A DNA stretch of 64,000 nt from Alphaproteobacteria bacterium (GCA_963667785.2 CAXXMU010000002.1:480001-544000), one strand, 5' to 3'. Counted from the stretch's first letter, positions 28,177-37,818 are shown. Notes: generated by a model not told the origin, from the letters alone. Translations and numbers: made by a program.

Positions 28177-28375
28177 GCATCCTCCGCGTCAAGCACTCGG
28201 CGACGAACAGAATTACTTGGAGATAAACCCGCTAGTCCGTGTTGTTCTGGGGACGGAAATAAATGTCACGTCGGCGAGATAGTGGATACGGCGTGTCTCA
28301 ACTTCAAGTCACGATGCGGTGTTGGGCGTCTCCCGCCGATCCCGGTTCGCGGTCCAGGCCGCCGCGCGGCCGCTC

Positions 28376-28831
28376 TCAGCCCCAATAGTGGCCCGTCGAG
28401 GCGATCACCAGGGTCGCGACTCCGAGCGCAAGATTGACGGTGATGATCCAGCGGATCCCTTCGATTGCCTGCCCCGCAGCAGGCGGCGAGCCTGCGTCGA
28501 GCGCCTTGAGAAACCTGCGATAGGGGCCGACGAGCAGGACCAGGAAGAGCAGGGCCATGAGCACGCCGGTCCCCTGCATGAGATGCACCGACAGGCCGAT
28601 GGCGCCGAAGCCGCCGAGCTCCACCAGGATCATGGCATGACCGGTCGCGAGCAGCGCCAGCACAGAGACGCCGACGGCGGGGAAGAAGCGGGCGAAGACC
28701 CGCCGCCAGAGCGCGAGCCTCTCCGTCGGCGCCATCGGGCCGACCGCCGGCCTCAGCACGATGAGGGCGAAGAACATGCCGCCCACCCAGACGACGGCGC
28801 TCAGGACATGGATGGCGAGGAGATAGGCCAT
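28376..28831 (-). CDS. CopD-like / DUF4149 four-TM membrane protein
   Basis: H.L....WVGGMFF...LRP motif; four hydrophobic helices. Confidence 0.75.
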   Translation of the reverse strand: MAYLLAIHVLSAVVWVGGMFFALIVLRPAVGPMAPTERLALWRRVFARFFPAVGVSVLALLATGHAMILVELGGFGAIGLSVHLMQGTGVLMALLFLVLLVGPYRRFLKALDAGSPPAAGQAIEGIRWIITVNLALGVATLVIASTGHYWG

Positions 28832-28910
28832 GGCTCACGCTCACAGGCTCGCATGCGAGCTCGTAGCACGCGGCGGCACCGGAGGCCACGGTGCGCGACG
28901 GCCCGGGTCC

Positions 28911-28943
28911 GAGAATTGACAAGTTCTCAGACAGCGCTATCTA
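28911..28943 (+). promoter_or_regulatory. Sigma70 promoter of erpA-xth overlapped by an inverted repeat
   Basis: TTGACA (28916)-N16-TATCTA; GAGAA-N8-TTCTC palindrome over the -35. Confidence 0.55.
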
Positions 28944-28980
28944 ATCCCCTGAAGGGTCACAGGCAGGATCGCGCAGCGCT

Positions 28981-29355
28981 ATGGCACGTTCGTTCGACAC
29001 GATGGAACCGGTCGCCGCAGGCGAGGGGCCGATCACGCTCTCGGCCAGCGCCGCCCGGCGAATCGCGGCGCTGATCGCCGACGAGGCCGGTTCGGGGACG
29101 ATGCTCCGGGTCAGCGTCTCGGGCGGCGGCTGCTCGGGCTTCCAGTACGGGTTCGCCTTCGAGTCGGATCGGCGGCCGGACGACATCGCCATTGAGCGGG
29201 ACGGAGTCGTGGCGCTGGTGGACCGGGTCTCGGCCGGCTACATGGCAGGCGCCGAGATCGACTACGTGGAGGATCTGATCGGCGCCGCCTTCCAGGTGAA
29301 GAACCCGAACGCGGTCTCCGGCTGCGGCTGCGGTACGTCCTTCTCCCTCGTCTGA
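28981..29355 (+). CDS. erpA: A-type Fe-S cluster insertion protein ErpA/IscA
   Basis: GGGCSGFQY and NPNA..GCGCGTSF. Confidence 0.9.
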   Translation: MARSFDTMEPVAAGEGPITLSASAARRIAALIADEAGSGTMLRVSVSGGGCSGFQYGFAFESDRRPDDIAIERDGVVALVDRVSAGYMAGAEIDYVEDLIGAAFQVKNPNAVSGCGCGTSFSLV

Positions 29356-29359
29356 GCCC

Positions 29360-30133
29360 GTGCTCAAGATAGCGAGCTGGAACGTCAACTCGATCAAGGT
29401 CCGGCTGCCCGCCCTGCTGCGGTGGGTAAGCGACGCCGCGCCCGACGTGGTGCTGCTGCAGGAGACCAAGTCGCTCGACGAGGCCTTTCCGCGCCTCGAG
29501 ATCGAGGACTGCGGCTACAACCTCGCGGTCCACGGGCAGAAGACCTACAACGGCGTCGCCATCCTCAGCAAGCGGCCGCTCGAGGATGTCAGCGTCGGCC
29601 TCGACGGCGATGACGACGACCGCCAGGCGCGCTACATCGAGGCCGTGACCGGCGGCGTTCGCGTCGCCTCGATCTACCTGCCCAACGGCAACCCGGTCGC
29701 GAGCGAGAAGTTCCCCTACAAGCTCGCCTGGATGGAGAGGCTCGCCGCCCGCGCCGCGACGCTGCTCGAGCACGAGGAGGCCGTGGTGCTCGGCGGCGAC
29801 TACAACGTCATGCCGGCCGACCTCGACTGTTACGACCCGCCCGCCTGGCGCGACGACGCGCTCTGCCGCACGGAGTCGCGCGCCCGCTTCCGCACCATCC
29901 TCCACGGCGGCTACGTGGAGGCCTTCCGCACGCTGCATCCGCACCGGCGCGCCTACACCTTCTGGGACTATCAGGCAGGCCGCTGGCAGCGGGGCGAAGG
30001 CTTGCGCATCGACCATCTGCTGCTCTCGCCCGAGGCGGCGGACCGGCTGGAGGCCTGCGAGATCGACACGGACCCGCGGGGCCGCGAGAAGGCATCGGAT
30101 CACACGCCGATCTGGTGCACGCTGCGGGAATGA
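29360..30133 (+). CDS. xth: Exodeoxyribonuclease III
   Basis: SWNVNSI, LQETK, GQKTYNGVAI, YLPNG, GDYN, RIDH, SDH.P. Confidence 0.95.
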   Translation: MLKIASWNVNSIKVRLPALLRWVSDAAPDVVLLQETKSLDEAFPRLEIEDCGYNLAVHGQKTYNGVAILSKRPLEDVSVGLDGDDDDRQARYIEAVTGGVRVASIYLPNGNPVASEKFPYKLAWMERLAARAATLLEHEEAVVLGGDYNVMPADLDCYDPPAWRDDALCRTESRARFRTILHGGYVEAFRTLHPHRRAYTFWDYQAGRWQRGEGLRIDHLLLSPEAADRLEACEIDTDPRGREKASDHTPIWCTLRE

Positions 30134-30561
30134 GCGAGGACGCGACCATCGAGGGCGGCTGCCGCTGCGGGGCGGTGCGCTATCGGGCGGGCGGCGGGCC
30201 GCTCTGGGTCACTCACTGCCATTGCGAGGAGTGCCGGCGCTCGTCCGGCGCGCCGGTCTCGACCTTCGTCGGCGTGCGCTCAGGGGAGTTCGCCTTCGTC
30301 GCCGGCACGCCCTCGGCCTACGAGAGCTCGCCCGAGGTGATGCGCAGGTTCTGCGGCGCCTGCGGAACCCCGCTCACCTACGAAGCCGCGGTCTATCCAG
30401 GCGAGGTGCACATCATGGCCGGCACGCTGGATTTGCCGGCGTTGCTCGCGCCGGAGCGGCACGTCTTCGTGCGCGAGCGCATGCCCTGGATGGACCTGAC
30501 GGACACGCTCCCCCGCCACGATACGTTGCCGCAGGGCGTCCCGCGGGTTCCGCGGGCCTGA
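30130..30561 (+). CDS. GFA (glutathione-dependent formaldehyde-activating/CENP-V) family protein
   Basis: GGC.CGAVRY, CHC..CRR, R.FC..CG.PL; ATGA overlap with xth. Confidence 0.85.
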   Translation: MSEDATIEGGCRCGAVRYRAGGGPLWVTHCHCEECRRSSGAPVSTFVGVRSGEFAFVAGTPSAYESSPEVMRRFCGACGTPLTYEAAVYPGEVHIMAGTLDLPALLAPERHVFVRERMPWMDLTDTLPRHDTLPQGVPRVPRA

Positions 30562-30617
30562 AGAAGCCCGCGCTCCGGCGCCGCTTGACGGGACGGCTGT
30601 CGGGTAGTGCTGCGGCC

Positions 30618-31079
30618 TCAGGCGGCGGCGGCGAAGCGGCCGAACTCGTAGCGCTTGCGCGCGGTCGGCCCCTTGCTGCCTTTCGGCTCCTTTTCCACCT
30701 CGAAGTTGAGCTCGATGACGACGCCGCTGGGGTCGAGGACGAAGAGCTGCCAGAGCTTGAAGTCCGGGATGTTCATCTGGCGCCATTCGCACTTGTGCTT
30801 CATGAAGGTCTTCTTCATCTCGTCGAAGCCCGTGGCGCGGAGCGCGATATGGTCCACCGGCGAGGTGCGCTGGTTGTACCGGTAGTTGCCGCTGTGGGTC
30901 TTGGCGGCGTCGCCGCCATAGATGTGGAACATGGTCTCGCCCATCTGGAGCCAGGCGCCGGGAAACGGGAAGTCCGGGCGTTCGACCTGTTCCATGCCGA
31001 GGACCTCAGTATAGAAGACCACCGTCTCCTCGAGGTTCTTCGACTTGATGGCCACGTGGTGCAGGTCGAGCAGGGGCAT
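30618..31079 (-). CDS. VOC/glyoxalase family protein
   Basis: LHHVAI, FY.EVLG, RP.FPFPGAWL, DHIA, QLF..DP.G..IELNF. Confidence 0.85.
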   Translation of the reverse strand: MPLLDLHHVAIKSKNLEETVVFYTEVLGMEQVERPDFPFPGAWLQMGETMFHIYGGDAAKTHSGNYRYNQRTSPVDHIALRATGFDEMKKTFMKHKCEWRQMNIPDFKLWQLFVLDPSGVVIELNFEVEKEPKGSKGPTARKRYEFGRFAAAA

Positions 31080-31210
31080 GGGATCTCTCCTTCGCGCGCG
31101 CGGGGCGTGGCCGTATCTTAGCCGCTCCGCCCGGCGAGACAACGGGATTGCATGGGGGCTTGCGGGCGGGCTTCCGCCGGCGGGCGGGCAGATGGGAGAA
31201 GGGGGCGGCC

Positions 31211-32185
31211 ATGAGCGCCTTGCACAGGGACCTGATCGTCATCGACGGCCTGATCGTCTCAAACTGGTCGGAGGCGGTCTTCCGCGACATGCGTGCGGGT
31301 GGGCTGACCGCCGCCAACTGCACCTGCTGCGTGTGGGAGGGATTCGACGAAACCATGACCAACATCGCCGCGTGGAACGGATGGTTCCGCGAGTACGGCG
31401 ATCTCATCGTCAAGGCGCGCACCACTGCCGACATCCGCCGGGCCAAGGAGGAGGGCCGCACGGCGATCGTTCTCGGCTTTCAGAACGTCTCCGCCTTCGA
31501 GGATCGGCTCGGTGCGGTGCAGCTTTTCAAGGACGCGGGCGTCGGCATCGCCCAGCTCGCCTACAACACCCAGAACTACGCGGGCGCCGGCTGCTACGAG
31601 ACTCGCGATTCCGGATTGAGCGACTGGGGGCGCGAGCTGGTGGCCGAGATGAACCGGGCGGGGATGCTGATAGACCTCAGCCACGTGGGCTCCCGCACGT
31701 CCGAGGACGCGATTCGCGAATCGGCCAAGCCGGTCGCCTACACCCACTGCTGCCCGTCCGCCCTCAAGCCGCACCCGCGCAACAAGAGCGACGCGGAGCT
31801 CCGCTTCATCGCCGATAAAGGCGGCATGATCGGGGTCACCATGTTTCCGGCCTTCCTCAGGCGCGGCACCGACTCCACGGTCGATGACTACGTGGCGGCG
31901 ATCGAGCATGTCATCGGGGTAGCTGGCGAGGATCATGTCGCCTTCGGCACGGACTTCACGCAAGGGCACGGCCGCGCCTTCTTCGACTGGATCACCCACG
32001 ACAAGGGCAGCGCCCGCAGGCTGGTCGAGTTCGGCGAGATCGAGGGCCTGGAGGGCATCGAGACCATTGGAAAGCTCCCCGACCTGACGGGCGCCATGGA
32101 GCGCGCCGGCTGGCCGGAAGGGCGTATCCGCAAGGTCATGGGCGAGAACTGGCTGCGCGTCCTCGCCGAGGTCTGGGCCGAGTAG
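31211..32185 (+). CDS. Membrane dipeptidase (M19) family, resembling the betaine-catabolism-linked PA5396 type
   Basis: IDGL, GGLTAANCT, GFQN, YNTQN, DLSHVG, HPRNKSD, GTDFTQG, KVMGENW. Confidence 0.85.
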   Translation: MSALHRDLIVIDGLIVSNWSEAVFRDMRAGGLTAANCTCCVWEGFDETMTNIAAWNGWFREYGDLIVKARTTADIRRAKEEGRTAIVLGFQNVSAFEDRLGAVQLFKDAGVGIAQLAYNTQNYAGAGCYETRDSGLSDWGRELVAEMNRAGMLIDLSHVGSRTSEDAIRESAKPVAYTHCCPSALKPHPRNKSDAELRFIADKGGMIGVTMFPAFLRRGTDSTVDDYVAAIEHVIGVAGEDHVAFGTDFTQGHGRAFFDWITHDKGSARRLVEFGEIEGLEGIETIGKLPDLTGAMERAGWPEGRIRKVMGENWLRVLAEVWAE

Positions 32186-32324
32186 GGGACAAGGGGACGA
32201 GGGCGGACCCTCACGCGTCGGCAGGCGCGCGCAGCCCCGGCCTTGCCGGCGGCGCGGCGATGAGGCAAAGAACCGCAGCGGGCGCGCCGCCCGCGGCCGG
32301 ACGCAGAGGGAGCACAGCATCGCC

Positions 32325-33035
32325 GTGACGCGCATCGTCCTCGTGACCCATTCCGAACGCGCCAATCCCGGCAGGGTGCGCGAGGCGCTGCACGCGCGCG
32401 GCTGCGAGACCGAGGTCTGCCACGTCGCCGGCGGCGCGGACCTGCCGCCGATGAACGGCGTCCGCCTGCGGGGATACGACGCGGCGGTGGTGTTCGGCGG
32501 GCCGATGAGCGCGTGCGACGTCGACGAGCACGCCTTCCTGCGGGAAGAGACCGCCTGGATCGGCGCCCAGCTCGCGGCGGACGCTCCCATTCTCGGCATC
32601 TGCCTCGGCGCCCAGATCATGGCACGTGCGCTCGGCGGGCGCGTCTATCCCCACCCCGACGGTCTCTGCGAGGTCGGCTATCAGCCGCTCTACCCGGCCA
32701 GCACGGACTGCCCGCTCTTCCCCTCGACGATCCACGTCTATCACTGGCATCGCGAGGGCTTCGACCTGCCGCCGGGGGCGAACCTGCTGGCGCGGGGCGG
32801 CATCTTCGAAAACCAGGCCTTCGGCCACGGCAAACGCGCCTTCGGCGTCCAGTTCCACCCGGAGATGATGCCCGCGACGCTCGAACGCTGGCTCGGCAAC
32901 GAGAAGGCCCAGAAATACTTTTCGCGCCCGGAGGTGCCGTCCGCCGACCGGCAGCGTGCCGACTCTCCCCGCTACGACCCGGGGGTGCAGCGCTGGCTGG
33001 ATCGCTTTCTCGATCGCTGGCTGGAGCGCTTCTGA
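32325..33035 (+). CDS. Class I glutamine amidotransferase-like protein
   Basis: FGGPMS, LGICLGAQ, WHREGF, QFHPE triad. Confidence 0.85.
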   Translation: MTRIVLVTHSERANPGRVREALHARGCETEVCHVAGGADLPPMNGVRLRGYDAAVVFGGPMSACDVDEHAFLREETAWIGAQLAADAPILGICLGAQIMARALGGRVYPHPDGLCEVGYQPLYPASTDCPLFPSTIHVYHWHREGFDLPPGANLLARGGIFENQAFGHGKRAFGVQFHPEMMPATLERWLGNEKAQKYFSRPEVPSADRQRADSPRYDPGVQRWLDRFLDRWLERF

Positions 33036-33210
33036 GGAGCGGGGCGGGCGCGGGGCTTATTTGTCGCTCACGGTAGCCGGCCGCCCCGCGATTCCGCGCG
33101 CCTGCCGGCACCTGCGCGGGCGCGCCGCATAAGAGGCGGGCCGCAGTCGCGGCCTGTCGCGTATCCGTCGAAGACGGATACGCTCTCGTCCTCCGCCCGT
33201 TCCAAGCGAA

Positions 33211-33260
33211 GAAAAGAGGCGGGAGGCGGCGGGGGGTGCGCGGACTCCCCGCCGCCTCCC
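33211..33260 (-). terminator. Intrinsic terminator downstream of iorB
   Basis: 14-bp stem GGGAGGCGGCGGGG/CCCCGCCGCCTCCC with a minus-strand CTTTTC tail. Confidence 0.65.
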
Positions 33261-33270
33261 TTGAAGAACG

Positions 33271-35565
33271 CTATGCGGAGGCGAGCTGGTCGCCGATCGG
33301 CAGCCTCCGGATGCGCTTGCCGGTGGCCTGATAGATGGCGTTGACCAGCGCCGGCGCGTAGGGCGGCACGCCCGGCTCGCCCACTCCGCAGGGTCGCAGA
33401 TGCGTGAAGTCCTCCACGATGTGCGTGCGCACGTCGAGAGGCGCATCGTCCATGCGGGTGATGGTGTAGTCGTGGAAGTTGCTCTGGTCGACCGCCCCCT
33501 GGGTGGTGGTGATCTGCCCGTGCATCGCCACCGAATGGCCGTAGATGGCGGCACCCTCCATCTGCTTCTTCACGCCCTCCGGATTGACGTAGCGGCCGCA
33601 GTCGATCGCCATGTCCACCTGGGGGATGTGGAGGGAGCCGTCGCTCCGGACCACGACATGCACCGCGCACCCCACGTAGCTGTGGAAGCTGCGGTGACAG
33701 GCGATACCGAGCCCGTGACCCGCCGCCAGCGACTTGCCGTAGCCCGACTTCTCGGCCACCACGCGAAGCACGTTCGAGAGCCGCTTCGGCATGATCGGCC
33801 AGTCCTCGATGGAATCGCCGTAGTTCCAGTGCTCCGGGACGCCGTCCTTGGTCAGGTCCATGACGTCCGCATCGCCGATGAGCTCAAGCAGGAACTCGAC
33901 CGGGTCGCGGCCGGCAGCCTCCGCCAGCTCGTTCGCGAAGCAGTTCATCGCGTACGCGTGCTGGATGTTGTTGACCGAGCGGTACCAGCCGACCCGGATC
34001 ATGGCGTCGGCCTCGCCGTTCTCGATGCGGAGGTTCGGCACCTCGTTGTAGGGCGTGTCGATGAGGCCGAGTCCGTACTCCAGGGCGTGGCCGGTCCGCA
34101 TCGCCGGCGCCCAGAGCGCGATGAGCGTGGGCCACGCGCCCGAGTGGTGCCACGCCGTGACCTTTCCGGATGCGTCAATCCCCGCCTTCAGGCGATGGGC
34201 GCTCGCGGCGTGGTAGAAGCCGTGCCGGATCTCGTCCTCGCGGGTCCACTGCACCCGCACCGGAGCGCCGATCTTGGCGGACAGGATCGCCGCCTCGCAG
34301 GCGAAGTCGGGCTTCGACTTGCGGCCGAAGCCGCCGCCCAGCAGCGTCACCTCGCACTCGACGTCGGTCTGCTCGAGACCGAGCGCCTCCGCCACGTATT
34401 GCCGGACCCAGTTGGGCGCCTGGGTTGAGGTCACGACCTTGACCGGCATCTGCGTGGCGTCGACCAGCGCGACCGGCGGCTCCATCGGCGTGTGGATGAA
34501 GTAGGGCACGAAGTACTCGGCCTCGAGCGCCTGGGTGGCCGAGGCAAGCGCTTCGTCGACATTGCCGCGGTCGCGGATGACGTGGCCGCCGGCATGGGCC
34601 GAGGCCATGAGCTCGTCGTCGTAGGTGCTCGAATCGTGCTTCACGTTCGGGCCGTCGTCCCACTCGATGACGAGCCGATCGCGCCCCTCCATCACCGACC
34701 AGGTGTTGGTGCCGATCACGGCGACGCCGCCGAGCGCCCGGAATTCCGCCGGCTTGTCGTCGGCGAGCGCGGGGATCTCCATCACCTGCTCCACGCCCTG
34801 AACCTTGAGCGCCTCGGTGGCGTCGAACGACTTCACCTTGCCGCGGTAGACCGGCGGGCGCGCCACGACGGCGATCTTCATGCCGGGCACGCTGATGTCG
34901 GCGCCGTAGGTGGCGCCGCCGGTGCTCATGTCGTAGTTGTCGACCACCGGCATGTCGCGGCCGATGTACTTCCACTGCGACTTGTCCTTGAGCTTCGGCG
35001 CGGCATCGCCCGTCGGCACGACGATATCGGCCGCCGCATCCACCACCTCGCCGAAATCGAACCAGCGGCCGGTGCCGGTGTGGTAGAGGCGGTGATCCTT
35101 GGCATAGACCTCGCCGGGATCGACGCCCCACTTCTTCGCCGCCGCCTGCTCCAGCACGTAGCGGCCCGCGGCGCCCAGCTCCCGCATGATCTCGAAATGA
35201 TGGCGGGTGCTGCGCGAGCCGTCGGTGTTCTGCTGGTCCTTGCCGGCCGGGTCGAACTTGGTCTCGTCGCCCGGCGCCTGCCAGATCTTCACCCGCTGCC
35301 AGTCGGCCTCGAGCTCGTCGGCCAGGATCATCGGGATGCCCGTGCGCACGCCCTGCCCCATCTCGGAGCGGCTGCACGTGAGGGTCACCGTTCCGTCGTC
35401 GGCGATCTCGACGAAGAGATTGGGCTTGACCGAGGCGCCGTTGCCCTGGCCGCGCGCCGCCCCGATCATGGAGCCGGTGGTGACGTTGGCGCCGAGCACC
35501 AGGGCGCCGGTGACGCCGGAGGCCTTGAGGAAGGTCCGCCGGCTGATGTTCTGCACGCCCAACAT
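33271..35565 (-). CDS. Xanthine dehydrogenase-family molybdopterin subunit (IorB-like, Tat signal)
   Basis: SRRTFLK, RSEMGQG, TDGSRS, H..MEP, LGGGFGRK, WYRSV, GVGEPGVPP..PA..NA. Confidence 0.9.
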   Translation of the reverse strand: MLGVQNISRRTFLKASGVTGALVLGANVTTGSMIGAARGQGNGASVKPNLFVEIADDGTVTLTCSRSEMGQGVRTGIPMILADELEADWQRVKIWQAPGDETKFDPAGKDQQNTDGSRSTRHHFEIMRELGAAGRYVLEQAAAKKWGVDPGEVYAKDHRLYHTGTGRWFDFGEVVDAAADIVVPTGDAAPKLKDKSQWKYIGRDMPVVDNYDMSTGGATYGADISVPGMKIAVVARPPVYRGKVKSFDATEALKVQGVEQVMEIPALADDKPAEFRALGGVAVIGTNTWSVMEGRDRLVIEWDDGPNVKHDSSTYDDELMASAHAGGHVIRDRGNVDEALASATQALEAEYFVPYFIHTPMEPPVALVDATQMPVKVVTSTQAPNWVRQYVAEALGLEQTDVECEVTLLGGGFGRKSKPDFACEAAILSAKIGAPVRVQWTREDEIRHGFYHAASAHRLKAGIDASGKVTAWHHSGAWPTLIALWAPAMRTGHALEYGLGLIDTPYNEVPNLRIENGEADAMIRVGWYRSVNNIQHAYAMNCFANELAEAAGRDPVEFLLELIGDADVMDLTKDGVPEHWNYGDSIEDWPIMPKRLSNVLRVVAEKSGYGKSLAAGHGLGIACHRSFHSYVGCAVHVVVRSDGSLHIPQVDMAIDCGRYVNPEGVKKQMEGAAIYGHSVAMHGQITTTQGAVDQSNFHDYTITRMDDAPLDVRTHIVEDFTHLRPCGVGEPGVPPYAPALVNAIYQATGKRIRRLPIGDQLASA

Positions 35566-35567
35566 GG

Positions 35568-36020
35568 CTAGACCTCCTGCGCGGCGGTGCGGACCGCAGC
35601 GAAGATCCGCTGGTAGGTGCCGCAGCGACAGATGTTGCCGGCCATGCCGTCGACGATCTCCTCGTCGCTCGGGTCCGGGTTCTCGTTGAGCAGTGCCGCC
35701 GCCGACATGATCTGTCCGGACTGGCAGTAGCCGCACTGCGGCACGTTGTGTGCGCGCCAGGCCCGCTGCACGGGGTGGTTGCCCTCGGAATCCAGCCCCT
35801 CGATGGTGGTCACGTCCTTGCCGTCGGCTTCCGATATGGGCGTGACGCAGGAGCGGACGGCCTCACCGTCCACGTGCAGGGTGCAGGCGCCGCAGAGCGC
35901 CGCGCCGCAGCCGAACTTGGTGCCCGTCAGCCCGAGCTCGTCCCGGACATACCAGAGAAGCGGCATGTCCGGAGAGCCGTGGAACTGACGGCTGATTCCG
36001 TTGATCTTCATGGATATCAT
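35568..36020 (-). CDS. (2Fe-2S)-binding subunit (IorA-like)
   Basis: GTKFGCG...[22 protein letters not shown]. Confidence 0.92.
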   Translation of the reverse strand: MISMKINGISRQFHGSPDMPLLWYVRDELGLTGTKFGCGAALCGACTLHVDGEAVRSCVTPISEADGKDVTTIEGLDSEGNHPVQRAWRAHNVPQCGYCQSGQIMSAAALLNENPDPSDEEIVDGMAGNICRCGTYQRIFAAVRTAAQEV

Positions 36021-36142
36021 CGGGTTCCTCCCTTGGTCGTCGTCGACCTGTCCCCGCCGGGAAGACTGTCGGGAATGTTAGTCGATGCCCGGTGCCATCT
36101 CCAGCAGGATCGGACCGGCGCGCCGAAGTCGCGCGGGCTCGC

Positions 36143-37003
36143 TCAGAGCCCGTAGCGGGACCACCACAGGCGGGCCTCGATCGCCCCCAGAAGATCGCCC
36201 GCCAGCGAGCCCGCATCCTCGCTGCCCTCCGCCAGCAGGATGCCGGGCCTGAGCCGCCGCGCGAGCCAGCCGCGCGGGCGACCGACCCGGCGCAGGACGA
36301 CCTTGCGCCCGTAGCGCTCGCGCAGGACGCTGCGGATATCGCCGATACCGTCGGCGAGACCGAGCCCGATCGCCTTGCGGCCGAGCCAGAACTCGCCGCT
36401 GAAGAGATCCGGATCGCTTTCGGCCAGCCGTGCGCCGCGCCGGGCGCGCACCAGCTCCCTGAAGTTGCCGTGAAGCTCCTCCTGGATGCGGCGCAGGCGG
36501 TCGAGGTCGTCCGGCTCGACCGAGAGGAACGGGTCGAGCATCGCCTTCTTCTCGCCGGCGGTGTAGAGCCGCCGCTCGATGCCGAGCTTGCCGAGCGCCT
36601 CCTGGAAGCCGAAGCCGGAATAGACGACGCCGATGCTGCCCACGATCGAGTTGTCGTCCACGAAGATCTCGTCCGCCGCGGCGGCGAGCCAATAGCCGCC
36701 GGACGCCGCGACATCCTCGACGAAGGCCATGACCGGCACGTCGCGCTCGCCCGCAAGGGCGCGAATGCGGTTGTGGATCAGCGCCGCCTGGGCGGGCGAG
36801 CCTCCCGGCGAGTTGATCTCGAGCGCCACGGCCTTGAGCCCCGGCAGCCGGAACGCCCGCTGCAGCACGGGCCCGGCCGCCTCCATGTTGATGCGGCCGC
36901 CGATCATGCTCGTCTGCCCGATCACGCCGGCGAGACGGACGACGGCGACGATTGGCGGCGGCCGCCGGAAGGTCGCGCGCGCCAGCACCCGGCGCATCAT
37001 CAC
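36143..37003 (-). CDS. S49 family peptidase (SppA-like)
   Basis: INSPGGSP, EDVAASGGYW, SIVGSIGV, GLADG; GTGA overlap with the upstream gene (start 37003 or 37000). Confidence 0.88.
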   Translation of the reverse strand: MMMRRVLARATFRRPPPIVAVVRLAGVIGQTSMIGGRINMEAAGPVLQRAFRLPGLKAVALEINSPGGSPAQAALIHNRIRALAGERDVPVMAFVEDVAASGGYWLAAAADEIFVDDNSIVGSIGVVYSGFGFQEALGKLGIERRLYTAGEKKAMLDPFLSVEPDDLDRLRRIQEELHGNFRELVRARRGARLAESDPDLFSGEFWLGRKAIGLGLADGIGDIRSVLRERYGRKVVLRRVGRPRGWLARRLRPGILLAEGSEDAGSLAGDLLGAIEARLWWSRYGL

Positions 37004-37818
37004 GACTCCTCCTCCCGCTCTTCCTCCTGCTCCTCGTCCTGTGAAAGCGGCAGCGCGCTGCCGCCGCGCAGGACGCGGTCGGCCGCGTGGGTGTACTTGC
37101 CGTCCGCCTCGTGCAGGATCATGCCGCCCGAGAGCTGCAGGGGCCCGCCGTGCTCGGCCGTCGCCTGCACGATGATCCGGTTCGCGGCCCTCTTGGTCCG
37201 GGCGCCCCCGAAGGGATTGTGCGACCAGAGCGGATAGACGATGACGGCGCCGGCACGCGAGAGCGAGAAAGCGCCCAGAATCTGCGCCAGCCGCTCCGGC
37301 CGGTGGATGATCGTGATCGAGCCGCCCGGACGCACCATCCTGGTGCAGAAGTCGAGCCAGGCATCGAGCCCTCCCGCGCCCTCCACTGTCGCCTGCGCTC
37401 GGGCGCGCGACGAGGGCGGCTGGCTCGACTTTTGCTCGAAGAAGGGCGGATTCGCGAAGACATGGTCGAAGCTCTTCGGCGCCAGCTTGGGCGGCGGCCG
37501 CTCGAAGTCGCCGAGCAGGACGTCGATCCGGTCTTCGAGCCCGTTCAGCGCCGCATTGTCGGCGGCCTGCTGCGCGAATGACCGCTCGATCTCGATCCCG
37601 GTGACTTGCAGGCCGTTCACGCGGCTCGCGAGGCAAAGGGCGCCCGCGCCCACGCCGCAGCCCACGTCGAGAGCCCGCTCCCCGTCCGACGCCGGCACCG
37701 AGGCCGCGAGCAGGACCGGATCGATGGCGACCCGATAGCCCGCCGCCGGCTGCTGCAGGGCGACCCTGCCGCCGAGCAGCGTATCGCTCGTCACCCGCGC
37801 GGACTCGGACTCAGACAT
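37000..37818 (-). CDS. tRNA1(Val) (adenine37-N6)-methyltransferase-like (YfiC/TrmN6)
   Basis: LLGG...QP..GYR..IDPVLLAA, LDVGCGVG, ANPPF, IHR.ERL. Confidence 0.85.
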   Translation of the reverse strand: MSESESARVTSDTLLGGRVALQQPAAGYRVAIDPVLLAASVPASDGERALDVGCGVGAGALCLASRVNGLQVTGIEIERSFAQQAADNAALNGLEDRIDVLLGDFERPPPKLAPKSFDHVFANPPFFEQKSSQPPSSRARAQATVEGAGGLDAWLDFCTRMVRPGGSITIIHRPERLAQILGAFSLSRAGAVIVYPLWSHNPFGGARTKRAANRIIVQATAEHGGPLQLSGGMILHEADGKYTHAADRVLRGGSALPLSQDEEQEEEREEES

